DNA of 64,000 bases from Eledone cirrhosa (lineage: Eukaryota), in NCBI GenBank assembly GCA_964016885.1, contig OZ024759.1:35836001-35900000 (forward strand), given 5' to 3'. Of the stretch, positions 50,901 through 64,000 are shown piece after piece. Made by a program: the position numbers and the translations under genes. The notes beneath the pieces are model-generated. The model was given only the letters and a program-made list of their open reading frames with translations, did no database searches and had not been told where the DNA came from. The first letter of the stretch is position 1, and every line of letters begins with the position of its first letter.

Positions 50901-53900
50901 AAGGTGGGTGACAGACAGATGAAATATAATGTCTCAGAGGACAGAGACCAGCAGCCAGTGGTCAACAGAGAGACAATCTATAAGGTGGGTGACAGGCAGA
51001 TGATATATAATGTCTCAGAGGACAGAGACCAGCAGCCAGTGGTCAACAGAGAGACAATCTATAAGGTGGGTGACAGACAGATGATATATAATGTCTCAGA
51101 GGACAGTGGCCAGCAGCCAGTGGTCAACAGAGAGACAATCTATAAGGTGGGTGACAGGCAGATGATATATAATGTCTCAGAGGACAGTGGCCAGCAGCCA
51201 GTGGTCAACAGAGAGACAATCTATAAGGTGGGTGACAGACAGATGATATATAATGTCTCAGAGGACAGTGGCCAGCAGCCAGTGGTCAACAGAGAGACAA
51301 TCTATAAGGTGGGTGACAGGCAGATGATATATAATGTCTCAGAGGACAGAGACCAGCAGCCAGTGGTCAACAGAGAGACAATCTATAAGGTGGGTGACAG
51401 ACAGATGATATATAATGTCTCAGAGGACAGAGACCAGCAGCCAGTGGTCAACAGAGAGACAATCTATAAGGTGGGTGACAGACAGATGATATATAATGTC
51501 TCAGAGGACAGAGACCAGCAGCCAGTGGTCAACAGAGAGACAATCTATAAGGTGGGTGACAGACAGATGATATATAATGTCTCAGAGGACAGAGACCAGT
51601 GGCCAGTGGTCAACAGAGAGACAATCTATAAGGTGGGTGACAGACAGATGATATATAATGTCTCAGAGGACAGAGACCAGCAGCCAGTGGTCAACAGAGA
51701 GACAATCCACAAGGTGGGTGACAGGTAGATGATATATAATGTCACAGAGGACAGAGACCAGTGACCAGTGGTCAACAGAGAGACAATCTATAAGGTGGGT
51801 GACAGACAGATGATATATAATGTCACAGAGGACAGAGACCAGTGACCAGTGGTCAACAGAGAGACAGTCTATAAGGTGGGTGACAGACAGATGATATATA
51901 ATGTCACAGAGGACAGAGACCAGTGACCAGTGGTCAGCAGAGAGACAATCTATAAGGTGGGTGACAGACAGATGATATATAATGTCTCAGAGGACAGAGA
52001 CCAGCAGCCAGTGGTCAACAGAGAGACAATCTATAAGGTGGGTGACAGACAGATGATATATAATGTCTCAGAGGACAGAGACCAGTGGCCAGTGGTCAAC
52101 AGAGAGACAATCTATAAGGTGGGTGACAGACAGATGATATATAATGTCTCAGAGGACAGAGACCAGCAGCCAGTGGTCAACAGAGAGACAATCTATAAGG
52201 TGGGTGACAGACAGATGATATATAATGTCTCAGAGGACAGAGACCAGCAGCCAGTGGTCAACAGAGAGACAATCTATAAGGTGGGTGACAGGCAGATGAT
52301 ATATAATGTCTCAGAGGACAGAGACCAGTGGCCAGTGGTCAACAGAGAGACAATCTATAAGGTGGGTGACAGACAGATGATATATAATGTCTCAGAGGAC
52401 AGAGACCAGCAGCCAGTGGTCAACAGAGAGACAATCCACAAGGTGGGTGACAGACAGATGATATATAATGTCTCAGAAGACAGAGACCAGCAGCCAGTGG
52501 TCAACAGAGAGACAATCCACAAGGTGGGTGACAGGTAGATGATATATAATGTCTCAGAGGACAGACCAGTGACCAGTGGTCAACAGAGAGACAATCCACA
52601 AGGTGGGTGACAGGTAGATGATATATAATGTCTCAGAGGACAGAGACCAGCGACCAGTGGTCAACAGAGAGACAATCCACAAGGTGGGTGACAGACAGAT
52701 GATATATAATGTCTCAGAGGACAGAGACCAGCAGCCAGTGGTCAACAGAGAGACAATCTATAAGGTGGGTGACAGACAGATGATATATAATGTCTCAGAG
52801 GACAGAGACCAGTGGCCAGTGGTCAACAGAGAGACAATCTATAAGGTGGGTGACAGACAGATGATATATAATGTCTCAGAGGACAGAGACCAGCAGCCAG
52901 TGGTCAACAGAGAGACAATCCACAAGGTGGGTGACAGACAGATGATATATAATGTCTCAGAGGACAGAGACCAGCAGCCAGTGGTCAACAGAGAGACAAT
53001 CTATAAGGTGGGTGACAGGTAGATGATATATAATGTCTCAGAAGACAGAGACCAGCAGCCAGTGGTCAACAGAGAGACAATCTATAAGGTGGGTGACAGA
53101 CAGATGATATATAATGTCTCAGAGGACAGAGACCAGCAGCCAGTGGTCAACAGAGAGACAATCTATAAGGTGGGTGACAGACAGATGATATATAATGTCT
53201 CAGAGGACAGAGACCAGCAGCCAGTGGTCAACAGAGAGACAATCTATAAGGTGGGTGACAGGCAGATGATATATAATGTCTCAGAGGACAGAGACCAGCA
53301 GCCAGTGGTCAACAGAGAGACAATCTATAAGGTGGGTGACAGACAGATGATATATAATGTCTCAGAGGACAGAGACCAGCAGCCAGTGGTCAACAGAGAG
53401 ACAATCCACAAGGTGGGTGACAGACAGATGATATATAATGTCTCAGAGGACAGAGACCAGCAGCCAGTGGTCAACAGAGAGACAATCCACAAGGTGGGTG
53501 ACAGACAGATGATATATAATGTCTCAGAGGACAGAGACCAGCAGCCAGTGGTCAACAGAGAGACAATCTATAAGGTGGGTGACAGACAGATGATATATAA
53601 TGTCTCAGAGGACAGAGACCAGCAGCCAGTGGTCAACAGAGAGACAATCTATAAGGTGGGTGACAGGCAGATGATATATAATGTCTCAGAGGACAGAGAC
53701 CAGCAGCCAGTGGTCAACAGAGAGACAATCTATAAGGTGGGTGACAGACAGATGATATATAATGTCTCAGAGGACAGAGACCAGCAGCCAGTGGTCAACA
53801 GAGAGACAATCTATAAGGTGGGTGACAGACAGATGATATATAATGTCTCAGAGGACAGAGACCAGCAGCCAGTGGTCAACAGAGAGACAATCTATAAGGT

Positions 53901-56900
53901 GGGTGACAGACAGATGATATATAATGTCTCAGAGGACAGAGACCAGCAGCCAGTGGTCAACAGAGAGACAATCTATAAGGTGGGTGACAGACAGATGATA
54001 TATAATGTCTCAGAGGACAGAGACCAGCAGCCAGTGGTCAACAGAGAGACAATCTATAAGGTGGGTGACAGGCAGATGATATATAATGTCTCAGAGGACA
54101 GAGACCAGCAGCCAGTGGTCAACAGAGAGACAATCTATAAGGTGGGTGACAGACAGATGATATATAATGTCTCAGAGGACAGAGACCAGCAGCCAGTGGT
54201 CAACAGAGAGACAATCTATAAGGTGGGTGACAGACAGATGATATATAATGTCTCAGAGGACAGAGACCAGCAGCCAGTGGTCAACAGAGAGACAATCTAT
54301 AAGGTGGGTGACAGACAGATGATATATAATGTCTCAGAGGACAGAGACCAGCAGCCAGTGGTCAACAGAGAGACAATCTATAAGGTGGGTGACAGGCAGA
54401 TGATATATAATGTCTCAGAGGACAGAGACCAGCAGCCAGTGGTCAACAGAGAGACAATCTATAAGGTGGGTGACAGACAGATGATATATAATGTCTCAGA
54501 GGACAGAGACCAGCAGCCAGTGGTCAACAGAGAGACAATCCACAAGGTGGGTGACAGACAGATGATATATAATGTCTCAGAAGACAGAGACCAGTGACCA
54601 GTGGTCAACAGAGAGACAATCCACAAGGTGGGTGACAGACAGATGATATATAATGTCTCAGAGGACAGAGACCAGCAGCCAGTGGTCAACAGAGAGACAA
54701 TCTATAAGGTGGGTGACAGGCAGATGATATATAATGTCTCAGAGGACAGAGACCAGCAGCCAGTGGTCAACAGAGAGACAATCTATAAGGTGGGTGACAG
54801 GTAGATGATATATAATGTCTCAGAGGACAGAGACCAGCAGCCAGTGGTCAACAGAGAGACAATCTATAAGGTGGGTGACAGACAGATGATATATAATGTC
54901 TCAGAGGACAGAGACCAGCAGCCAGTGGTCAACAGAGAGACAATCCACAAGGTGGGTGACAGACAGATGATATATAATGTCTCAGAGGACAGAGACCAGC
55001 AGCCAGTGGTCAACAGAGAGACAATCCACAAGGTGGGTGACAGACAGATGATATATAATGTCTCAGAGGACAGAGACCAGCAGCCAGTGGTCAACAGAGA
55101 GACAATCTATAAGGTGGGTGACAGGCAGATGATATATAATGTCTCAGAGGACAGAGACCAGCAGCCAGTGGTCAACAGAGAGACAATCTATAAGGTGGGT
55201 GACAGACAGATGATATATAATGTCTCAGAGGACAGAGACCAGCAGCCAGTGGTCAACAGAGAGACAATCTATAAGGTGGGTGACAGACAGATGATATATA
55301 ATGTCTCAGAGGACAGAGACCAGCAGCCAGTGGTCAACAGAGAGACAATCTATAAGGTGGGTGACAGACAGATGATATATAATGTCTCAGAGGACAGAGA
55401 CCAGCAGCCAGTGGTCAACAGAGAGACAATCTATAAGGTGGGTGACAGGCAGATGATATATAATGTCTCAGAGGACAGAGACCAGCAGCCAGTGGTCAAC
55501 AGAGAGACAATCTATAAGGTGGGTGACAGACAGATGATATATAATGTCTCAGAGGACAGAGACCAGCAGCCAGTGGTCAACAGAGAGACAATCCACAAGG
55601 TGGGTGACAGACAGATGATATATAATGTCTCAGAAGACAGAGACCAGTGACCAGTGGTCAACAGAGAGACAATCCACAAGGTGGGTGACAGACAGATGAT
55701 ATATAATGTCTCAGAGGACAGAGACCAGCAGCCAGTGGTCAACAGAGAGACAATCTATAAGGTGGGTGACAGGCAGATGATATATAATGTCTCAGAGGAC
55801 AGAGACCAGCAGCCAGTGGTCAACAGAGAGACAATCTATAAGGTGGGTGACAGACAGATGATATATAATGTCTCAGAGGACAGAGACCAGCAGCCAGTGG
55901 TCAACAGAGAGACAATCCACAAGGTGGGTGACAGACAGATGATATATAATGTCTCAGAGGACAGAGACCAGCAGCCAGTGGTCAACAGAGAGACAATCCA
56001 CAAGGTGGGTGACAGACAGATGATATATAATGTCTCAGAGGACAGAGACCAGCAGCCAGTGGTCAACAGAGAGACAATCTATAAGGTGGGTGACAGGCAG
56101 ATGATATATAATGTCTCAGAGGACAGAGACCAGCAGCCAGTGGTCAACAGAGAGACAATCTATAAGGTGGGTGACAGACAGATGATATATAATGTCTCAG
56201 AGGACAGAGACCAGCAGCCAGTGGTCAACAGAGAGACAATCCACAAGGTGGGTGACAGACAGATGATATATAATGTCTCAGAGGACAGAGACCAGCAGCC
56301 AGTGGTCAACAGAGAGACAATCCACAAGGTGGGTGACAGACAGATGATATATAATGTCTCAGAGGACAGAGACCAGCAGCCAGTGGTCAACAGAGAGACA
56401 ATCTATAAGGTGGGTGACAGGCAGATGATATATAATGTCTCAGAGGACAGAGACCAGCAGCCAGTGGTCAACAGAGAGACAATCTATAAGGTGGGTGACA
56501 GACAGATGATATATAATGTCTCAGAGGACAGAGACCAGCAGCCAGTGGTCAACAGAGAGACAATCTATAAGGTGGGTGACAGACAGATGATATATAATGT
56601 CTCAGAGGACAGAGACCAGCAGCCAGTGGTCAACAGAGAGACAATCTATAAGGTGGGTGACAGACAGATGATATATAATGTCTCAGAGGACAGAGACCAG
56701 CAGCCAGTGGTCAACAGAGAGACAATCCACAAGGTGGGTGACAGACAGATGATATATAATGTCTCAGAGGACAGAGACCAGCAGCCAGTGGTCAACAGAG
56801 AGACAATCCACAAGGTGGGTGACAGACAGATGATATATAATGTCTCAGAGGACAGAGACCAGCAGCCAGTGGTCAACAGAGAGACAATCCATGAGGTAGG

Positions 56901-58863
56901 TGACAGACAGATGATATATAATGTCTCAGAGGACAGAGACCAGCAGCCAGTGGTCAACAGAGAGACAATCTATAAGGTGGGTGACAGGCAGATGATATAT
57001 AATGTCTCAGAGGACAGAGACCAGCAGCCAGTGGTCAACAGAGAGACAATCTATAAGGTGGGTGACAGACAGATGATATATAATGTCTCAGAGGACAGAG
57101 ACCAGCAGCCAGTGGTCAACAGAGAGACAATCTATAAGGTGGGTGACAGGCAGATGATATATAATGTCTCAGAGGACAGAGACCAGCAGCCAGTGGTCAA
57201 CAGAGAGACAATCTATAAGGTGGGTGACAGGCAGATGATATATAATGTCTCAGAGGACAGAGACCAGCAGCCAGTGGTCAACAGAGAGACAATCTATAAG
57301 GTGGGTGACAGACAGATGATATATAATGTCTCAGAGGACAGAGACCAGCAGCCAGTGGTCAACAGAGAGACAATCTATAAGGTGGGTGACAGGCAGATGA
57401 TATATAATGTCTCAGAGGACAGAGACCAGCAGCCAGTGGTCAACAGAGAGACAATCTATAAGGTGGGTGACAGGCAGATGATATATAATGTCTCAGAGGA
57501 CAGAGACCAGCAGCCAGTGGTCAACAGAGAGACAATCTATAAGGTGGGTGACAGGCAGATGATATATAATGTCTCAGAGGACAGAGACCAGCAGCCAGTG
57601 GTCAACAGAGAGACAATCTATAAGGTGGGTGACAGACAGATGATATATAATGTCTCAGAGGACAGAGACCAGCAGCCAGTGGTCAACAGAGAGACAATCT
57701 ATAAGGTGGGTGACAGGCAGATGATATATAATGTCTCAGAGGACAGAGACCAGCAGCCAGTGGTCAACAGAGAGACAATCTATAAGGTGGGTGACAGGCA
57801 GATGATATATAATGTCTCAGAGGACAGAGACCAGCAGCCAGTGGTCAACAGAGAGACAATCTATAAGGTGGGTGACAGACAGATGATATATAATGTCTCA
57901 GAGGACAGAGACCAGCAGCCAGTGGTCAACAGAGAGACAATCCACAAGGTGGGTGACAGACAGATGATATATAATGTCTCAGAGGACAGAGACCAGCAGC
58001 CAGTGGTCAACAGAGAGACAATCCACAAGGTGGGTGACAGGTAGATGATATATAATGTCTCAGAGGACAGAGACCAGCAGCCAGTGGTCAACAGAGAGAC
58101 AATCTATAAGGTGGGTGACAGGCAGATGATATATAATGTCTCAGAGGACAGAGACCAGCAGCCAGTGGTCAACAGAGAGACAATCTATAAGGTGGGTGAC
58201 AGACAGATGAAATATAATGTCTCAGAGGACAGAGACCAGCAGCCAGTGGTCAACAGAGAGACAATCTATAAGGTGGGTGACAGGCAGATGATATATAATG
58301 TCTCAGAGGACAGAGACCAGCAGCCAGTGGTCAACAGAGAGACAATCTATAAGGTGGGTGACAGACAGATGATATATAATGTCTCAGAGGACAGAGACCA
58401 GCAGCCAGTGGTCAACAGAGAGACAATCCACAAGGTGGGTGACAGGTAGATGATATATAATGTCTCAGAGGACAGAGACCAGCAGCCAGTGGTCAACAGA
58501 GAGACAATCTATAAGGTGGGTGACAGGCAGATGATATATAATGTCTCAGAGGACAGAGACCAGCAGCCAGTGGTCAACAGAGAGACAATCTATAAGGTGG
58601 GTGACAGACAGATGAAATATAATGTCTCAGAGGACAGAGACCAGCAGCCAGTGGTCAACAGAGAGACAATCTATAAGGTGGGTGACAGGCAGATGATATA
58701 TAATGTCTCAGAGGACAGAGACCAGCAGCCAGTGGTCAACAGAGAGACAATCTATAAGGTGGGTGACAGGCAGATGATATATAATGTCTCAGAGGACAGA
58801 GACCAGCAGCCAGTGGTCAACAGAGAGACAATCCACAAGGTGGGTGACAGGCAGATGATATAT
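47943..58863. repeat. 81-bp satellite, ~135 copies (10.9 kb)
   Basis: GACAGAGACCAGCAGCCAGTGGTCAACAGAGAGACAATC[TAT/CAC]AAGGTGGGTGACAG[AC/GC/GT]AGATGATATATAATGTCTCAGAG. Confidence 0.98.
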
Positions 58864-60150
58864 AGAAAATATTGAAAGAGGAGGAGGACAAGAAGTTGGT
58901 ACACAGAAGGAAATATCAGAGACAATATTGTTTTAATTTAAATTTAAAAAATGAAAATCTTAAAGATATCTTACAAGAATGAAAAGTAGTTCTTGTAAAT
59001 GATTCTTATCATTCCTTAAGTAAATTCTACGCCAAGGAGAGATTTATCCTTGTCTAATGGATAATGAAACGGTGAAATATTATATAGTGGGGGCCTAAAG
59101 CGAGTTTTTTTCCCTCCTTATTAAAAATAAAGTGAAACAGTGGTTTCTAATATAGGTGCAGGACCAGACAAAAAAAAGGTGATGATGGGGTTTTGTTGGT
59201 GATATTCATGTTGGCGGTGGTGGTGATGGTGGTGGTAGTGGTAGTGGTAGTGATGATAATGGTGGTGGTAGTGATGATAATGGTGGTATTGGTGGTGGTG
59301 GTGGGGTCTTGTTGGTGATGTTCATGGTGGTGATGGTAAGACTGTTGGTGTTGGTGATTGATAGTTGTGGTGGTGGTGTGGTGGTGTTGGTGTTTGTGGT
59401 GTTGGTGGTGGTGTTGGTTACAATGGGGGTTATAGTGGTGGTGTTGGTGTTGGTGGTGGTGGTGGTGGTGGTGGTTACAATGTGGGTTATAGTGGTGGTG
59501 TTGGTGGTGGTGGTTACAATGTGGGTTATAGTGGTGGTGGTGGTGGTGGTGGTGGTGTTGGTTACAATGTGGGTTATAGTGGTGCTGCTGCTGCTGCTGC
59601 TGCTGCTGGGGGTGATGAAGTAAGTATATTCTCTAAATGCTAGAGAGGTAGTCAGTCCAAAATAGTTTTCTTTTTTGGGGGGGTCGGTGGGGAGGGTTGA
59701 GCGTGGGAGGGAGGAAGAGGGTGGAGGGAGAGAGAGATGGGAGGGTTGGAGAGAGAGAGAGAGAGGAGGGAGGGAGGGAGGGAAAGTGTATAAGCTGCCA
59801 CATCCATTCACAATCACTTGAATTACCCCCAAACAAAAGTATTTCTACATTCTTCCATCTCAATGATTCCATCACTTCACAACACTCTTCTCCCTTCTTT
59901 CTGTCTTTCCATCCTTCAAATTCTTCGTTTCCTCGACCAATATTTCTTTGAGAGAGGAATTATATTTCTATGGAGAAAGGAAAGCAATGAAACCAAACAT
60001 GGAACTAACAACAGTTATTTATGTGATATTTCCAACAAGACACTCAATCTTACAAACAATTTCTCCAAAATTTCTTCATTTGTGGAGTTGTTAATATGGC
60101 CCCATAACCCATAGGGGCGCTGCATTGACATATGGCGTTTCTTGGGCATT

Positions 60151-60374
60151 TTAACCCTTTAGCATTTAAACCAGCCATATCCGGCCGTAATTCTCTCACC
60201 TCTTTCTGTTCAAACTGGCCATAACAGTCCACTCATACTTATGTTAAGGTATTGTTCTAAAAGTAAATAATATCAAAATCTTGTAGATTCGATATTATGT
60301 GATAATTATGTGAGGTAAAGCCTTTACTGCGACAATATAACATATATAGAGTGATGTAAATGTTAAAGGGTTAA
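60151..60374 (+). mobile_element. piggyBac-like MITE with TTAA TSD
   Basis: TTAACCCTTT...AAAGGGTTAA; empty-site homologs of the host repeat at ~41430-41535 (-) and ~8695-8800. Confidence 0.88.
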
Positions 60375-60435
60375 ACCTGGTGGAACCATCCTTATCCAGG
60401 CCTGAGTACAGCAGATTTCTGTCAGAGAGAGGAAG

Positions 60436-61180
60436 AATTGACCCCAGTACTAGACTGGTACGTTTTTTTATCGACTTCGAAGGGATGAAAGACAAAGGCG
60501 TCACATTAAATGCTTTGGTATTTGTTCCGAGTCTCTGCACTTTGAGTTCAAATCCCGCCGAGGTCAACTTTGCCTTTCATCCTCCCAGGGTCGATAAAAT
60601 AAAGTAACAGTAATGTACTGGGGTTGATTTAATCAACTTTGCCTATCACCAAAATTGTTGGCCTTGTGCCTAAATCAGAAACTATTACTACATTCTGAGT
60701 TCAAATCCCACCGAGGTTAGCTTTGCCTTTCATCCTTTCGGGGTGGATAAAATAAAGTACCAGTAATGTACTGGGGTCAATTTAATCGACTTCCCATCCC
60801 CAAAAATTGTTGGCCTTATGTCTAAATCAGAAACTATTATTATATTCTAAGTTCAAATCATGCTGCACAGCATGTTGTCTGATGCTCTACTGATTCTGCC
60901 AATCCACCTCCCTTATAGTTATAATAATTGTTTCTACTTTTGACACAAGGCCAGCAATTACCCCAGTGTATTACTGGTACTTTATTTTATCGACCCCGTA
61001 AGGATGAAAGGCAAAGTTAACCTCGTCGGGATTTGAACTCAGACCATAAAGGGACGTAACTCTTTGCGTCAAAGCATGGTGTCAGACCCTCTACAGATAC
61101 TGCCAATCCACCATATAATAAAAAATTGTTTCTACTTTTGACACAAGGCTAGCAATTACCCAGTACATTACTGGTATTTT
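60436..61180. mobile_element. Dense SINE cluster in both orientations
   Basis: Plus copies ~60520-60860; minus copies 60436-60500 and ~60860-61180. Confidence 0.85.
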
Positions 61181-61562
61181 ATGTATTGTGTACAGTGCTC
61201 AGGTGTACTGCAACTCATCAGAAAAAATAGCCAATTTCCCTCCATAATAGGCTGAAGTTGTTTATGTCATATGTCTGCTATATATTTGTGTCATGACTAA
61301 GTAATGTCCTAAATTTTAATTTTATTCAAAAGTCTGAGTCACTATAAAACTACCAGTTTTTCAACTTTGTCTGTCAATAAACATATTTCACTAGATTTAT
61401 TGTTTTTTCTTGCTGACTCAATTATTAACATAGGTAGATAGGTAGATAAATAGATAGGGAGAGGGGGGGGGTAGATAGGTAGAGAGAGAGGGATGATAAG
61501 GAGAGAAAGGGAAGGAGAGAAGAGGTAGGTTGGTAGGTAGGTAGATACTTAAAGAGATGGAT

Positions 61563-61639
<77 letters not shown>

Positions 61640-61900
61640 GAGAAATAGATAGATAAGCAAGTAGGTAGATATATATATGTGTGTGTATATATATATATAT
61701 GTGTGTGTGTGTGTATATATATAGATATATAATATATAGATAGATAGAGAGATAGAGAGAGAGAGAGATAGAGAGACAAATATAAATTAATAGGTGAAAG
61801 ATAAATATTTAGTTAATTTGTTAAGTGTTTCTACTTTATAAGTGTTTCTACTTTATAAAACAAAAGCACGTATTACAACAACAACAACAACAACAACAAC

Positions 61901-61943
<43 letters not shown>

Positions 61944-62025
61944 GTTTCTTATATAGGCACAAGGCCAGCAATTATCCCGACACTCTACCAATTACTGCCA
62001 AATAATAATAATAAGACACTAGCAT

Positions 62026-62291
62026 AGAAGAAGAAGAAGAAGAAGAAGAAGAAGAAGAAGAAGAAGAAGAAGAAGAAGAAGGCAAAGAAGAAGGCAAAGA
62101 AGAAGAAGAAGAAGAAGGCAAAGAAGAAGAAGAAGAAGAAGAAGAAGAAGAAGAAGGCAAAGAAGAAGAAGAAGAAGGCAAAGAAGAAGAAGGCAAAGAA
62201 GAAGAAGAAGAAGAAGGCAAAGAAGAAGAAGAAGAAGAAGAAGAAGAAGAAGAAGAAGAAGAAGAAGGCGAAGAAGGCAAAGAAGAAGAAG

Positions 62292-62323
<32 letters not shown>

Positions 62324-63568
62324 GAAGAAGAAGAAGAAGAAGGCAAAGAAGAAGAAGAAGAAGGCAAAGAAGAAGAAGAAGAAGAAGGCAAAGAAGAAGA
62401 AGAAGAAGGCAAAGAAGAAGAAGAAGAAGAAGAAGAAGAAGAAGAAGAAGAAGAAGAAGGCGAAGAAGGCAAAGAAGAAGAAGAAGAAGAAGAAGAAGAA
62501 GAAGAAGAAGAAGGCAAAGAAGAAGAAGAAGAAGAAGAAGGCAAAGAAGAAGAAGAAGAAGAAGAAGAAGAAGAAGAAGAAGAAGAAGAAGGCAAAGAAG
62601 AAGAAGAAGAAGAAGAAGAAGAAGAAGAAGAAGAAGAAGAAGGCAAAGAAGAAGAAGAAGAAGAAGAAGAAGAAGAAGAAGGCAAAGAAGAAGAAGAAGA
62701 AGAAGAAGAAGAAGAAGAAGGCAAAGAAGAAGAAGAAGAAGAAGAAGAAGAAGAAGAAGAAGAAGAAGAAGAAGAAGGCAAAGAAGAAGAAGAAGAAGAA
62801 GAAGAAGAAGAAGAAGAAGAAGAAGAAGAAGAAGGCAAAGAAGAAGAAGAAGAAGAAGAAGAAGAAGAAGAAGAAGAAGGCAAAGAAGAAGAAGAAGAAG
62901 AAGAAGAAGAAGGCGAAGAAGGCAAAGAAGAAGAAGAAGAAGGCAAAGAAGAAGAAGAAGAAGAAGGCAAAGAAGAAGAAGAAGAAGGCAAAGAAGAAGA
63001 AGAAGAAGAAGAAGAAGAAGAAGAAGAAGAAGAAGAAGAAGGCAAAGAAGGCAAAGAAGAAGAAGAAGAAGAAGAAGAAGAAGAAGAAGAAGAAGAAGGC
63101 AAAGAAGAAGAAGAAGAAGAAGAAGGCAAAGAAGAAGAAGAAGAAGAAGAAGAAGAAGAAGAAGAAGAAGAAGAAGAAGGCAAAGAAGAAGAAGAAGAAG
63201 AAGAAGAAGAAGAAGAAGAAGAAGAAGGCAAAGAAGAAGAAGAAGAAGAAGAAGAAGAAGAAGAAGAAGAAGGCAAAGAAGAAGAAGAAGAAGAAGAAGA
63301 AGAAGAAGAAGAAGAAGAAGAAGAAGAAGGCAAAGAAGAAGAAGAAGAAGAAGAAGAAGAAGAAGAAGAAGAAGAAGAAGAAGAAGAAGAAGAAGGCAAA
63401 GAAGAAGAAGAAGAAGAAGAAGAAGAAGAAGAAGAAGAAGAAGAAGAAGAAGAAGGCAAAGAAGAAGAAGAAGAAGAAGAAGAAGAAGAAGAAGAAGGCA
63501 AAGAAGAAGAAGAAGAAGAAGAAGAAGAAGAAGAAGAAGGCAAAGAAGAAGAAGAAGAAGAAGAAGAA
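62026..63568. repeat. 1.5-kb (GAA)n tract punctuated by GGCAAA
   Basis: Direct reading; almost pure purine strand. Confidence 0.97.
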
Positions 63569-63910
63569 ATGTGTGCTAGTGCCATGGCAGCAGATGTGAT
63601 AAGAGTTGGATAAACTGCCCAAACTGGTTTCACTTGTTGCTTGTTCTTACACCTGTCTTGGAAATGTCCTGGAATTCAAGACATGAGCCATACCACAGCT
63701 GGGTAACTGTCAGGGCTTGGTACCCAATGAAGGAGATGTCGTTAAGTGACTTTATTTTAATTACAGATTCAATGTTAAGCCGAGGAAAGTCGTTAACTAT
63801 GTTCGAATTGCATCACAGTTATTGCGAGATATTTTATATAATAATGGAAATTATTGTGTACAGTGCTCAGGTGCACTACACTCATCAAAGGTGGATATAT
63901 AGTACATAGA

Positions 63911-64000
63911 ATAATTGTTTCTACTTTTGGCACAAGGCCAGCAATTATATTTAGTGTATTACTGGTACTTTATTTTATTGACCCCGTAAGGATGAAAGGC
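63911..64000 (-). mobile_element. SINE 3' part, running off the window
   Basis: ATAATTGTTTCTACTTTTGGCACAAGGCC...GGATGAAAGGC. Confidence 0.8.

Noticed and set aside
63570-63909. 91-aa ORF after the GAA tract
   Set aside because: No recognisable domain or acceptor; its 3' part runs into a dispersed repeat also seen at ~16980 and ~61185.

Overview
This is AT-rich, microsatellite-saturated eukaryotic DNA. The repeat complement (tRNA-head SINEs, RTE-type LINE ends with (CAT)n tails, mariner/piggyBac/hAT-type MITEs) resembles a cephalopod genome such as Octopus; that assignment is inference. Nearly all ORFs in the track are translations of simple or tandem repeats. The window holds one plausible host exon (minus strand, ~5332-5616), many decayed transposons, at least ten minisatellites including a 10.9-kb array of an 81-bp unit, and a 200-N gap. 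The most striking structure is at 28.77-34.47 kb. There, five tandem ~1.13-kb units each carry a ~456-bp imperfect fold-back made of two convergent tRNA-like Pol III cassettes. Each cassette has an A box, a B box, an oligo-T terminator, a TATA exactly 30 nt upstream and shared upstream blocks. Also notable are Penelope-type minimal hammerhead motifs (3914-3972 core intact; 3397-3432 core-mutated), TA-inserted hairpin elements that may be palindromised hammerheads, a perfect 146-bp palindrome and a three-TIR mariner derivative. All calls were made by eye; no searches or folding programs were run.
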